NCBI GenBank assembly: GCA_963823345.1
Contig: CAWGLE010000004.1
Coordinates: 62,342 to 126,341, forward strand
Origin: Candidatus Sulfomarinibacteraceae bacterium
GTDB taxonomy: Bacteria; Acidobacteriota; Thermoanaerobaculia; Thermoanaerobaculales; Sulfomarinibacteraceae
Reading direction: 5' to 3'
Length of the DNA: 64,000 nucleotides
Shown here: in pieces, positions 9,903 to 19,282 of the stretch
Numbering within the stretch: position 1 is the first letter of the stretch
Layout of the letters: each line of letters begins with the position of its first letter
Program-made: the position numbers and the translations under genes
The notes under the pieces: model-generated
What the model was told of the DNA's origin: nothing
Seen by the model: the letters and a program-made list of their open reading frames with translations, nothing else
Databases searched by the model: none

Positions 9903-11416
9903 GTCACCACCGCGACCAGCACATCGACCATCTGCGGGTCGAACTGGTGCCCCTTTCCGCGGCCGATGATCTCGAGCGCGCGTGCCGTGCTGACCCGCGG
10001 GCGATACCTGCCCGGTGCGCTCAGCACGTCGAACACCTCGGCCACGTGCACCAGCCGGGAAAGGAAGGGGATCGCCTCACCGGTCAGCCGGTCGGGATAT
10101 CCGGTTCCGTCCCAGCGCTCGTGGTGGTGGCGGATGGCGGTGCAAACCTCGTCGAGCCCGGTGCCGATGAGGATTTGTTCGCCGAGGACCGGGTGTTTCT
10201 GGTACCTCGCGCGGTCGTCCTCGGTCGGCGTCCGGCTGCGATAGGTCTGGTCGTAGTCGAGCTCGCGCATACCGACGTCGTGGAGCAAACCTGCCAGCAC
10301 GGCATCCTCGACCCGCGCCGGCGCCAGCTCGAGCTTCTGGGCGATGGCCATGGCAAGCCGCGAGACGGCTTCCGAATGGGCCACGAGATCCGGGTACTTC
10401 TGGGCCCCGGGCTGCAGCAGCCGGCGCGCCAGACAGCGGCGCGAGAACCGCAGGCTGGTTTTCTCCTGGGCGTCTTCGGCCCGCGCGCGCAACCTCGCAA
10501 GCGTGGCTCGCGCGGCGTTCGCGCCGGCGCCCGATATGACCGACCCGACGAGGGCGCCGACATCGGGCTGATGGAGCAACACGGCGGAGGCGATCATCGG
10601 TGAGGTCACCACATCTGTGGCCGCGGGAACCCGCCGGATCTCGACGCGCCACGAAGCGGGATCGTGAGTCTGAACTCCGGCCTCGGCGAGCGCCGACACC
10701 TGGTGTCGGCAGAGGGCTTCGCGGTCGATCTCGGCCCCCCCCGCGCGGGTGTTGATCAGGGTTGCCGCGCCATCCGGAGTCGCCAGGGTGGCCGCGACCG
10801 CCGCCACCTGGCTGTCGAGCAGGCAATCGAGGGCGGCGTCGTGCAGATTCTCGAGGCCGGACTCGTCGAGCAGCGGCGGCCGCGACTCGCCGGCCGGCGC
10901 CGGCCGCGATTTCGCCACCCGGGTTTCCGGAACCGGCACGAACTCCTCGTCCGCGACGACGAACCCGCTGCGCCGCGCGAAATCGACCATCGCCGCCGCA
11001 ATTCTGCCCGCCTTGCTGATGTCGGGGCGTTCGAATGACTGCTTGCGGCCCTTGTCGCGGGCGTCGACGAAACCGATGATCTCGTCGCCGACGATCAACG
11101 GCACCAGCAACAACCGCGAGTTGCCGGCGGTCTTGATGTACTCGGCCAGGGGTCCGAGTTCGTTGCGGTGGTTGTAGGCGACCGGCAGGCCGCGCAGCTC
11201 GCGGACTCTCGCGACCATCGGGTCCTGCAGCCGGTGCTCGATCGCGAGCGGGTCGCGGCGGCCGAAACCGTACTGGGTGGCCAGAAGAAAGAGATCGCCC
11301 GGTCCGTACAGGTAGAGGGCCGCCCTCGTGCACTGGATCTCCTCGAGAAACCGGAACAGAATCTCCTTGAAACCCCGTTCGATTTCCGGGGACCACCCGG
11401 GTATGGTCGCGCCCAT
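9899..11416 (-). CDS. GAF-domain / HD-GYP-domain protein (putative c-di-GMP phosphodiesterase)
   Basis: Start placed at ATG 11416 (GGAGG 7 nt upstream), not at the longer track ORF. N-terminal GAF-like region (ALYLYGPGDLFLLATQYGF...LLLVPLIVGDEIIGFVDARD). C-terminal HD-GYP motifs (HSEAVSRLA...GLLHDVGM...HHERWDGTGYPDRL). Confidence 0.85.
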   Translation of the reverse strand: MGATIPGWSPEIERGFKEILFRFLEEIQCTRAALYLYGPGDLFLLATQYGFGRRDPLAIEHRLQDPMVARVRELRGLPVAYNHRNELGPLAEYIKTAGNSRLLLVPLIVGDEIIGFVDARDKGRKQSFERPDISKAGRIAAAMVDFARRSGFVVADEEFVPVPETRVAKSRPAPAGESRPPLLDESGLENLHDAALDCLLDSQVAAVAATLATPDGAATLINTRAGGAEIDREALCRHQVSALAEAGVQTHDPASWRVEIRRVPAATDVVTSPMIASAVLLHQPDVGALVGSVISGAGANAARATLARLRARAEDAQEKTSLRFSRRCLARRLLQPGAQKYPDLVAHSEAVSRLAMAIAQKLELAPARVEDAVLAGLLHDVGMRELDYDQTYRSRTPTEDDRARYQKHPVLGEQILIGTGLDEVCTAIRHHHERWDGTGYPDRLTGEAIPFLSRLVHVAEVFDVLSAPGRYRPRVSTARALEIIGRGKGHQFDPQMVDVLVAVVT

Positions 11417-11534
11417 AACGCCGCCTCCACGTCGTTGATACCGATTCACTCTACCACTGGCAGCGGCGCGATGATCGACACCCTGCCGCCGGGGGCCCGG
11501 CGGGAGAAGGTATTCGGCCCGAGTCCGGGTTAGA

Positions 11535-12074
11535 ATGCCGCCCATGTCGGCAAACCTGTGCGTGCTCGCGCTGGTCGCGGCCCTCGCCGTTGAACCTATG
11601 ATCCTCGACATCGAACGGGGCGACGACGCCCTGGTCATCTCGTTTTCGCTCAACCGGGAACTGCCGGAATCGATCGCGCAGACGCTGTCATCGGGCGCCA
11701 CGGTGGTGCTGGATTACCCGCTCCGCGTGTACGCCCGGCGGCGCCTGATCCCTGACCGCCGGGTGTGGAAGGGGGTGGCGCGGGTGACGGTCAGCTTCGA
11801 CGCAGTCACCGGCAGGTATCTCTGCCAGTTGATCGTCAACGGCGCCACCACCGCCAGCCGCGAGGTGCCATCGGTCGCCGAAGCGCGCTCATGGTTGACG
11901 TCGCCGCCCGCGGTCGAGTTGGACCTGCCCGAGGCCCGCCGCGACGCCACCCTGCGGGTTCGCGTGCGAGCGGTGTTTGCCAGCGGAACCACGTGGCTCG
12001 TCTTCCCCACCACCGAGGGTACGGATTGGCTTGAGGTGCGGCTGGACCCCGCCTCGGACGACAACGGTGACTGA
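11535..12074 (+). CDS. DUF4390-like protein (usually paired with NtrY-type kinases)
   Basis: 179 aa. Hydrophobic N-terminus. The pattern LVISFSLNRELPESIAQTLSSGATVVLDYPLRVYARRR...VTVSFDAVTGRYLCQ...VPSVAEARSWL matches my recollection of DUF4390. Stop overlaps the downstream kinase start. True start may be ATG 11544. Confidence 0.65.
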   Translation: MPPMSANLCVLALVAALAVEPMILDIERGDDALVISFSLNRELPESIAQTLSSGATVVLDYPLRVYARRRLIPDRRVWKGVARVTVSFDAVTGRYLCQLIVNGATTASREVPSVAEARSWLTSPPAVELDLPEARRDATLRVRVRAVFASGTTWLVFPTTEGTDWLEVRLDPASDDNGD

Positions 12075-14190
12075 TACCGACAACCATCGATCGGCGAACG
12101 GACTGCGCGCGTTCTGGAAGCGAAACTACAAGGAAAACCGGTTTCTCGTCGGCGCCTTCGTTTTTCTGATGGCGTTGTCGGTCGGCGGGTTCTATCTTCT
12201 GCAGCGCGCGCGCGAGGCCTCTCCAGAGGAGCTCACCAACCGGATTCTGCTCTTCGTCCTGTGGTACCTCGATATCTCGCTGATCGTCATCTTGAGCTTC
12301 ATCCTGCTGAGAAACCTGATCCGCCTGGCGATCGAACGCCGGACCGGCGTCCTCGGCAGCCGTTTCCGCACCAAGCTGGTTCTGACCTATGTCGGTCTGA
12401 CCTTCGTGCCGGTGATTCTGATCTTCCTCATCGCCACCAACCTCCTCCAGGGATCCATCGACCGTTGGTTTTCGGCGCCGGTGGAGACCATTCTCCGCGG
12501 CGGCGCCGAGGTCACGGTCCAGCTCCGGGAACTGGTTGAGGACACCCTCGAGCGCCAGGCTGCGGTGGCGGCCGAGGAGATCAGGCGCAACCGGGGCCGG
12601 ACCGACCTCGCGCACCTGCAGCGGTTGCTCGGGGTCGATCTGGTGGCCGTGTACGACGGCGGCAATCTCCAGGAGGCGGTGGCCGACCCGCGCCGGATAC
12701 CGGCCTCGCTGCCCCCGCTGCGCTGGGAGACCCTGCCGTCGTCGGATGTCCGTTCCGACCGTTGGCGGGGAGGGCTCCTGATCCGTGCCTGGTGCCCGAT
12801 TGACGATGACCGGAGCGTCGTCGTCGGCAACATGCTGCCGAGCGATCTCCTCATCCACCTCGAAAACGCGATCGCCGCGCACGCCCAGTTTCAGGAGATG
12901 AAGCAGACCCAGGGCACCATCACCGCGACCACCGTCCTGGTCCTCGCGGCGGTCACCCTGCTGCTGCTGTTCGCCACGGTCTGGGTCGGGCTCTACCTGT
13001 CCCGCCGTTTCACGGAACCTCTGTTGGCGGTGGCCGGCGCCACGCAACGGGTGGCGGAGGGGGACGCCCTCGAGGAGGTGGAGACGCCGGCTTCGGACGA
13101 GGTCGCCGTGCTGGTGGACTCCTTCAACGCCATGGTTCGCAGGGTCCGCTCCTCCGAGGCCGAGATTCTCGCCTCCAACCAGGAGCTCGCCACCCTGTTG
13201 ACGACGGTCCCCACCGGCGTGTTGTCGGTGGATGCCGCCGGCCACCGATTCCGCCCCAACCCGGCGGCCGCGCGATTGCTCGGCCATCCCGAGTGGGCCG
13301 ACGACTGGCGGTCACTCGGAGACCTCAACCGACCGGGCCTCGAAGAGCTGTACGCGCGCCTGGCGACCGGGCTGGCGGAAAACCTGCGGTGCGAGCTCGA
13401 TCTGCAGCCCGGCGGCGAGACCTTTCACGTCGACATCACCTCGCGCCCGCTGCCGGGCGGCGGCCGCGTGGTCGCCATCGACGATTTCACCCAGCTCCTG
13501 AAGGCGCAGCGATTGGCCGCCTGGAGCGAGGTCGCACAGCGGATCGCGCACGAGATCCGCAATCCCCTGACACCCATCCGGCTCGCCGCCGAACGCATCC
13601 AGAAGCGTGCGGCCACCCTCGACGACGAGATGCGCACCATCGTGACCGAGGGGAGCCAGGCGATCATCGCCCAGGTGTCCGGGCTCAAGGAGCTGGTTGA
13701 CGCGTTTCAGCAGTACGCCCGCATGCCGACCATCTCACCCCAGCCGACGGACATCGGGCCCCTCCTGCGGGAGCTGTGCTCGCTGTACAACGGCGTTCGA
13801 CCCGGGCTCGAGGTCGTGGCCGACGCCGGCGATGAACCGATCACCGCCATGGTCGACCCGGTGCTGATGCGACAGGCCCTGGTCAACCTGCTCGACAATG
13901 CCGCGGCCGCGGTGGTGGGCGACGGTCGGGTGTCGATTTCGGCCCGGGCGGCGGAAGAGGACGTGATTCTCGAAGTCCAGGACACCGGCGTCGGGTTGCC
14001 GACCGAGGACACCGACGTCCTGCTCGAACCGTTCTACTCCACCAAGGGGCGGGGCTCCGGCATGGGGCTCGCGCTCGTCCACCGGGTCGTCACGGACCAC
14101 GGCGGCAGCCTCGAGCTCAAGAGCCTCCAGCCGACCGGGGCGAGGGTTCGTATCGTGCTCAACGGCGCGCGACTGCGCGCGCCGGTCTGA
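12067..14190 (+). CDS. NtrY-like sensor histidine kinase (multi-TM, HAMP, PAS, HisKA, HATPase_c)
   Basis: GTG 12067 chosen (GTGACTGA overlap with the upstream stop); the track ORF begins earlier. H-box AQRIAHEIRNPLTPIRLAAERIQKR. N/G boxes NLLDNAAAA, DTGVGL, GRGSGMGLALV. HAMP-like RRFTEPLLAVAGATQRVAEGD. Confidence 0.85.
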   Translation: MTDTDNHRSANGLRAFWKRNYKENRFLVGAFVFLMALSVGGFYLLQRAREASPEELTNRILLFVLWYLDISLIVILSFILLRNLIRLAIERRTGVLGSRFRTKLVLTYVGLTFVPVILIFLIATNLLQGSIDRWFSAPVETILRGGAEVTVQLRELVEDTLERQAAVAAEEIRRNRGRTDLAHLQRLLGVDLVAVYDGGNLQEAVADPRRIPASLPPLRWETLPSSDVRSDRWRGGLLIRAWCPIDDDRSVVVGNMLPSDLLIHLENAIAAHAQFQEMKQTQGTITATTVLVLAAVTLLLLFATVWVGLYLSRRFTEPLLAVAGATQRVAEGDALEEVETPASDEVAVLVDSFNAMVRRVRSSEAEILASNQELATLLTTVPTGVLSVDAAGHRFRPNPAAARLLGHPEWADDWRSLGDLNRPGLEELYARLATGLAENLRCELDLQPGGETFHVDITSRPLPGGGRVVAIDDFTQLLKAQRLAAWSEVAQRIAHEIRNPLTPIRLAAERIQKRAATLDDEMRTIVTEGSQAIIAQVSGLKELVDAFQQYARMPTISPQPTDIGPLLRELCSLYNGVRPGLEVVADAGDEPITAMVDPVLMRQALVNLLDNAAAAVVGDGRVSISARAAEEDVILEVQDTGVGLPTEDTDVLLEPFYSTKGRGSGMGLALVHRVVTDHGGSLELKSLQPTGARVRIVLNGARLRAPV

Positions 14191-14258
14191 AGCGTCTCCA
14201 CCCGGCATCGGTCTGCGGCCGTTGACCCTTTCGGCACCCCCTTGATACCATCGTTGGT

Positions 14259-16391
14259 ATGGCGTACCCCGGCAACCCCGAGCTCTCTCCGCAAGCCCAG
14301 GACCGCGTGATGACCGCCTTCCGACAAGTCGTCGGCAAGCTCCAGGAGGGCAGCCGGGAGGAGGCGCTGATCGGGCTGGAGTTCGTGCTGCGGCTCGACC
14401 CAGCCTACGCGCCGGCCCGCAATCTCCACCGCCAGCTCTCGTCCGGGGCCGCGGAGATCGATCTCAACGAGATCGTCGCCGAACTCCAGGCGCCCACGAC
14501 GGACGCCATCAACAGTCTGCTGGTGGAGGCCGTCGAGGACTTCAACAACCGCGATTTCGCGGCGGCCAGGAACAAGGTGGACCAGGTTCTTCTCGACCTC
14601 CCCGGACACCAGGAGGCCCGCCAGTTGTTGCGCGAAATCGAAGGCGCAACCAAGGGCGACACCCAGGTCGCGAACTTCCTCGACCAGGCGCGCGAGGCCC
14701 TGCGGCGGGGAGATTCGCAGGAGGCCGCCAACTTCGTCATGATGGCCCAGGCGCTCGATCCTCATCACCGGGGCATCTCGGCGACGATCGCGGAAATCGA
14801 AGCCGCCGGGGATGTTTCATTGTCACAGGCCGGTTTCGCGCCGGAAAGCTCGGCCGAGGCGACCCCCGGGTTCGCCCCGCCCGGCGGTTCGGCCCCCCTG
14901 TTCGGAGCCGCGGGGAGCGCAGCGGACATGTTCGCCGACACCGCCGAACAGCTGTCTCCGGCCGTCGGTGCGGGCGCTGATGATCATCCGAGCCAACCGG
15001 ACTTTTCATTCGGTGGCGCTGCGGCGGCGCCCGCCTTCGAGGCCGCGCCGCGGGCGCCGGAGCCGCCTCGGCCAGATCCGGAGCAGCCCTATTACGAAGA
15101 GGCCATGAGCGAGGTGTCGGAGCTTTTCCAGGAGCCCGCCGGAGCGTTCGCTGCCGCTGCGGGTGATTCCGCGCTCTCGGGCAACCAGCAGAGGATCCGC
15201 GACCTCCTGTCGCGCGGCGGCACGGCGGCGGCGGCTGACGACTTTGCGGCCGCGATCGACGCCTGGTCGCGGGTCTTTCTCATCGACCCGGATCACGAGG
15301 AGGCCCACGACCGCATCGAGCACATCCGCCATGCCAAGGAGCAGTTGGAGCGCCGCATCGAGCCCATGCTCGCCGATGCGCGCGACGCTCACGAGGGCGG
15401 CAACGACGAGACCGCACGAGATTTCGTCAACCGCGTCCTCGAGCTGTCGCCGAATCACGTCGACGCCCGTCGGCTGTCGGATGCGTTGGGCAGCCCCAAG
15501 GCCGCCCCTGCGGGCATGCCGGAGCTCGAGGACGATCTGTTCAGCGACGATTTCGCCGCCACCGCCGATTTCGGCGCCGGTCTCAGCCAGCCGTCCACGA
15601 CCCTCGAGGGCGAGTGGCGCACCCCCAAAAAGCCCAAGCGCCGGTTGCCCTGGCAGTGGTGGGCCGCCATCGGCGGGGCCGGGGTCCTGGTGATCGCATT
15701 CAGCCTGTGGGTCGCCTCCAACCTCATGCCCGAGAAAGCCCCGCCGGAAAAACGCATCGACGTGGTCAACCGCGTCCTGGTTCAGGCCGCCGAGCTTTAC
15801 AACAAAAACCAGGTGGAGGAAGCCGTCGTTCTGCTCGAGCAGAATTCGGCGGATGATCCCTTCCAGTCCCGCATCGACAAACGGCTCAGCGAGTACCGCA
15901 CCAAGATCGCCACCCCGGTGCCGACGCCGGTGCCGGAGGGTCTCGCGGCGTGTCGGGCGCTGCTCGCCGAAGGCCGATGGATGGCGGCGTATCAGCGGGT
16001 CAAGGCGGAACTGCGGCTGTTCCCGAACGACCCCGGTCTGGAGAGCGTACGGCTCGAGATCCTCGAGGTCGAACCGGAGGCGGCAGTCCTGCAGGGCGCC
16101 GTCGCGGAGGGAGATTTTCGCGCCGCGATCGCCGTCTGCAGAGACCTCCTGGAGAAGCGGCCGGATGATGCCGAGGTTCTCGATTTCTACGAGCGGACTT
16201 TGTTCAACGCCGGGATGGCCGAGTTGCGCGCTTTCAACCTCCCGCAGTCCGAGAGTTACCTGATGGAGCTTGCCGCGCGGCAGCCCGAAGATCTCGAGGT
16301 CAAGCGGGTGCTCGAGTTCGTCGAAACTTACAAATCGCGGCCGGTGGACATGCAGCTCGAGATCTTCGTCGGGAGCATCCCCTCGCGATGA
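14259..16391 (+). CDS. TPR-repeat protein with a central TM helix, unknown function
   Basis: 710 aa. TPR-like helical repeats at both ends (e.g. EALIGLEFVLRLDPAYAPA, AAIDAWSRVFLIDPDHEEAH). Low-complexity A/P/G linker. TM LPWQWWAAIGGAGVLVIAFSLWVASNL. Confidence 0.7.
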   Translation: MAYPGNPELSPQAQDRVMTAFRQVVGKLQEGSREEALIGLEFVLRLDPAYAPARNLHRQLSSGAAEIDLNEIVAELQAPTTDAINSLLVEAVEDFNNRDFAAARNKVDQVLLDLPGHQEARQLLREIEGATKGDTQVANFLDQAREALRRGDSQEAANFVMMAQALDPHHRGISATIAEIEAAGDVSLSQAGFAPESSAEATPGFAPPGGSAPLFGAAGSAADMFADTAEQLSPAVGAGADDHPSQPDFSFGGAAAAPAFEAAPRAPEPPRPDPEQPYYEEAMSEVSELFQEPAGAFAAAAGDSALSGNQQRIRDLLSRGGTAAAADDFAAAIDAWSRVFLIDPDHEEAHDRIEHIRHAKEQLERRIEPMLADARDAHEGGNDETARDFVNRVLELSPNHVDARRLSDALGSPKAAPAGMPELEDDLFSDDFAATADFGAGLSQPSTTLEGEWRTPKKPKRRLPWQWWAAIGGAGVLVIAFSLWVASNLMPEKAPPEKRIDVVNRVLVQAAELYNKNQVEEAVVLLEQNSADDPFQSRIDKRLSEYRTKIATPVPTPVPEGLAACRALLAEGRWMAAYQRVKAELRLFPNDPGLESVRLEILEVEPEAAVLQGAVAEGDFRAAIAVCRDLLEKRPDDAEVLDFYERTLFNAGMAELRAFNLPQSESYLMELAARQPEDLEVKRVLEFVETYKSRPVDMQLEIFVGSIPSR

Positions 16392-16870
16392 ACCCCCCGT
16401 CCGAAGAAATCCCGCACGACTGGGACGCGTTGACGGATCGCGATCACGGGGTGGAGACGAACCAGGCCCCGCCCGCCCCGGATGGCGCTGAACCACCGGT
16501 GTTGACGTTGATGGCAGCCTCCTGGGCGGACCTCGTCGGGATGCTGGCGGTCTGCACCGGGGGTCTCCTGGCCGTCCTGGCTCTCGGCCAACGTCCGTCC
16601 CTGGCCGCCTTCGGGTGGGCGGCGGCTCTCGCCCTGCTGTGGTGGGTCTGTGCGGCGGCGGCGCTGGTCGTGGTCCGTCAGGGAACACCCGGCATGCTCC
16701 TGGCGGGCGTGCGGTTTTTCGAACCCGTGGCGACGGCGCGGGTCCCGCGGGTCCTCGCGGCGGCCTTGCTGGGCGTCATCACCCTGGGCCTGCCGGGGCT
16801 GCTCGGCTGTCATCTATCGCCGCTGCGGGCCGCGGCCGCGGCCGACCTGGTCGCGGACGCCGCGGACTGA
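16388..16870 (+). CDS. Small integral membrane protein, RDD-family-like
   Basis: 160 aa. ATGA overlap with the upstream stop. Three hydrophobic helices. ASWADLVGMLAV... and RQGTPGMLLAGVRF resemble RDD-domain motifs (weak). Confidence 0.5.
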   Translation: MNPPSEEIPHDWDALTDRDHGVETNQAPPAPDGAEPPVLTLMAASWADLVGMLAVCTGGLLAVLALGQRPSLAAFGWAAALALLWWVCAAAALVVVRQGTPGMLLAGVRFFEPVATARVPRVLAAALLGVITLGLPGLLGCHLSPLRAAAAADLVADAAD

Positions 16871-16942
16871 TCTCCGGTCAGGTCACAGCGTGGGCCGCGA
16901 GACGCAGCCCAGCTGCGATCGCACCGCCCTCTCGATGACGTT

Positions 16943-17143
16943 TCAGGTTGTCTGCGGTTTCGGTCTCTTGAACACCATGCCGATGTGGTCGGTGGCGGCC
17001 GTTTTGTAGTTGATCGCGGTGATGCCAACCAACTCCCACCCCTCATCCCCGAGGGCGTTGAGGTCACTCTCCTTGGCGGGGTCGATGCGGTAGTTTTCGG
17101 ACCGGATGTTGATGATCCTGTACTCCCAGCGGACGATGTCCAT
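16943..17143 (-). CDS. DUF4177-like small protein
   Basis: Start moved to ATG 17143 (GGGAGG 5 nt upstream). VRWEYRII...LNALGDEGWELVGI...MVFKRPK matches the DUF4177 pattern. Confidence 0.6.
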   Translation of the reverse strand: MDIVRWEYRIINIRSENYRIDPAKESDLNALGDEGWELVGITAINYKTAATDHIGMVFKRPKPQTT

Positions 17144-17217
17144 GCCGTCCTCCCGGCCGCTCGATGTCGGCCGAGTGTACCATCGACTTCTCACCGCGGC
17201 TGGGCTAAGTTGGTTGG

Positions 17218-18010
17218 GTGCAAGCTTTCGACGCACCCGCGGCGGGCGGTGGTCGGCCGGCGCCCCGACTCAGCGTCGTGATTCCGGCTTTCAACGAGGC
17301 CGACCGTCTAGCGCCGACCCTCGACAGGATTCTGTCCTTTCTCGTCGACGCGGCGTGCTGGCGGCCGGCTGAAATCATCGTCGTCGACGATGGTTCGTCG
17401 GATGGCACCGCCGACCTCGCCCGCGCGCATCCGCCGGTCGACGGCGTCGCCATTTCCGTCGCCGTTCACCCCGTCAATCGCGGCAAGGGAGCGGCGGTTC
17501 GCACCGGGTTCGAGCGCTCCCGCGGTGAGCTGGTGCTGCTCACCGACGCCGACATGTCGGCGCCGATCGAGGATCTCGCGCTGTTGGCAGACGCGGCGGA
17601 CGATCAGCGTGGTGGCGGTCGGGTCGCGGGCGGTTGACCGCCGCCTGGTGACGCAGCGGCAACCGCTCCACCGTGACTTCATGGGCCGGACATTCAACCT
17701 CACCCTCCGAGCGTTGGGGCTGACCCGCCTGCACGACACTCAATGCGGGTTCAAGCTGTTTCCGGGGAATCTCGCCCGCAACCTCGCCACCGCCCAGAAG
17801 CTGGACGGCTTCGCGTTCGACGTCGAGCTCCTGGTGCTGGCGCGGCACTGGGGATACGGGATCGAGGAAGTGGGAGTCCACTGGCAGCACGTGGAGGCGT
17901 CCCGGGTCATGGCCGTCCGCCACTCCAGCCAGATGCTGCGCGATGCGCTCAGGTTGTGGTGGCGGCGGGCGACACTCGCACTGCCCGCTGACCCGGCAAG
18001 ATCCTCATGA
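17218..18010 (+). pseudogene. Family-2 glycosyltransferase (polyprenol/dolichol-phosphate glucosyltransferase-like) split by a frameshift near 17605-17612
   Basis: ORF 17218-17637 gives the GT2 N-half (LSVVIPAFNEADRL...VVDDGSSDGT...LLTDADMSAPIEDL). ORF 17390-18010, in the next frame, gives the C-half (VVAVGSRAV...DTQCGFKLFPG...GFAFDVELLVLARHWGY). The two join smoothly if one base is removed around GATCAGCGTGGTG. Confidence 0.7.
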
Positions 18011-18939
18011 CTACGGACCCGGGCTGTCCGGTCGCGTCCTCGTGGTTGGTTGAGCGGTTTCTCGAGCACCTCGAGTGGGAACGCAATCTCGCGCCGCCGA
18101 CTCTGCGCGCCTACCGTCGCGAGGTTCTGGCTTTCGTCGATTTCGCGGTCTCCGCGCTCGCGGTGCCGGCGCCGTCTGCGGTGTCCCCGAGCGCGCCGCG
18201 CGCCTATCTCGCCCACCTCCACTCACGCGGCCTCTCGCCACGCTCGGTGGCGCGCGCCCTGGCCAGCCTGCGCACCTACTTCGCCTTTCTGGTCGCCGAG
18301 GGGGCGGTGGCATCCAACCCGGCGGCGGCGGTGCCCCACCCCCGCGGCGTGAACACCACGCCGGCGGTCGCGGACCGCTATGCCATCGAAGAGCTCCTGG
18401 AGGGTTTTCCAGACACCCCCGCGGGTCGTCGCGACCGGGCGGCGATCGAGCTCCTCTATGCCGCCGGACTCCGGGTCAGCGAACTGGTCGGTCTCGACCT
18501 CGCGGATGTCCGTCTGTCGCAGCGCACACTCCGGGTTCGCGGTAAGGGACGCAAGGAGCGGCTCGTGCCGTTCGGACGACCGGCGGCGGCGGCTCTTGAA
18601 GCGTATCTGCCGGCGCGGGCCGAGTGGCGGAGCCGGCAGGGAGGCGGCGACGATCCGCTGTTCGTCAACCAGCGCGGTGGACGCCTCAGCGACCGTTCGG
18701 TCCGGCGGTTGCTCGACGCCGCCGTTCGCCGCACCGCCGACCTCGCCCACCTCCACCCGCACGCACTGCGTCACGCCTTCGCCACGCATCTCCTCGAGGC
18801 CGGCATGGATCTCCGCGCCATCCAGGAACTTCTCGGCCACAGCTCCCTCGCCACCACTCAGGTCTACACCCGGGTCGATCTCGCGCACCTGATGGAGGTC
18901 CACCGCCGCAGTCACCCCAAGGCGCGGGGCTCTGACTGA
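18007..18939 (+). CDS. xerC: Tyrosine site-specific recombinase, XerC/XerD family
   Basis: 310 aa. LAPPTLRAYRREV (core-binding domain), then RDRAAIELLYAAGLRVSELVGL...HALRHAFATHLLEAGMDLRAIQELLGHSSLATTQVYTRV carrying the catalytic R..HxxR..Y residues. XerC and XerD cannot be told apart by eye. Confidence 0.85.
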   Translation: MTTDPGCPVASSWLVERFLEHLEWERNLAPPTLRAYRREVLAFVDFAVSALAVPAPSAVSPSAPRAYLAHLHSRGLSPRSVARALASLRTYFAFLVAEGAVASNPAAAVPHPRGVNTTPAVADRYAIEELLEGFPDTPAGRRDRAAIELLYAAGLRVSELVGLDLADVRLSQRTLRVRGKGRKERLVPFGRPAAAALEAYLPARAEWRSRQGGGDDPLFVNQRGGRLSDRSVRRLLDAAVRRTADLAHLHPHALRHAFATHLLEAGMDLRAIQELLGHSSLATTQVYTRVDLAHLMEVHRRSHPKARGSD

Positions 18940-18949
18940 ACGCGGCGGG

Positions 18950-19195
18950 TCAGTGCGCGATCGGTTGGGCGACCATGATCCGGCTGTCGCGGCGGCAACC
19001 GGTAATGATCCAGATGGTCCCGCGGTACAGGAACCGTGCCCCACGCACGAGGGGCTCGTCGGGGGGGAAGACCAACAGCTCGGCGGTGGGCCCCCAGTCC
19101 GCGATCACCGAGTTCGTCCGCCACGCCCGCGACCCGGGAATCCCGTCGTCGGCCGGAGAGTGGGGTCGAGCCCCGGTGATGATGCGCCGTTCCAT
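18950..19195 (-). CDS. Hypothetical small protein (81 aa)
   Basis: Downstream of trmFO and co-directional with it. GC-rich third positions and a non-repetitive amino-acid composition. No recognisable motif and no clear SD. Confidence 0.4.
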   Translation of the reverse strand: MERRIITGARPHSPADDGIPGSRAWRTNSVIADWGPTAELLVFPPDEPLVRGARFLYRGTIWIITGCRRDSRIMVAQPIAH

Positions 19196-19282
19196 GAATC
19201 GTGACCTTCATCTTTGAATACGGATTTTGCCGTCCGAAGTTCACACGCGCGACCGAAAATCTCTCGCCGGCACCCTGCAGCG

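Noticed and set aside
15006-16688. 560-aa minus-strand ORF
   Set aside because: It is antisense to the TPR protein gene and the RDD-like gene. It has no start context or motifs, and its composition is typical of GC-rich shadow ORFs.
18007-18939. Tyrosine recombinase as a possible marker of an integrated mobile element
   Set aside because: The sequence and context (next to trmFO, as in the classical dprA-topA-trmFO-xerC neighbourhood) fit the housekeeping XerC/XerD dimer-resolution recombinase. There are no flanking att-like repeats, phage genes or tRNA target.
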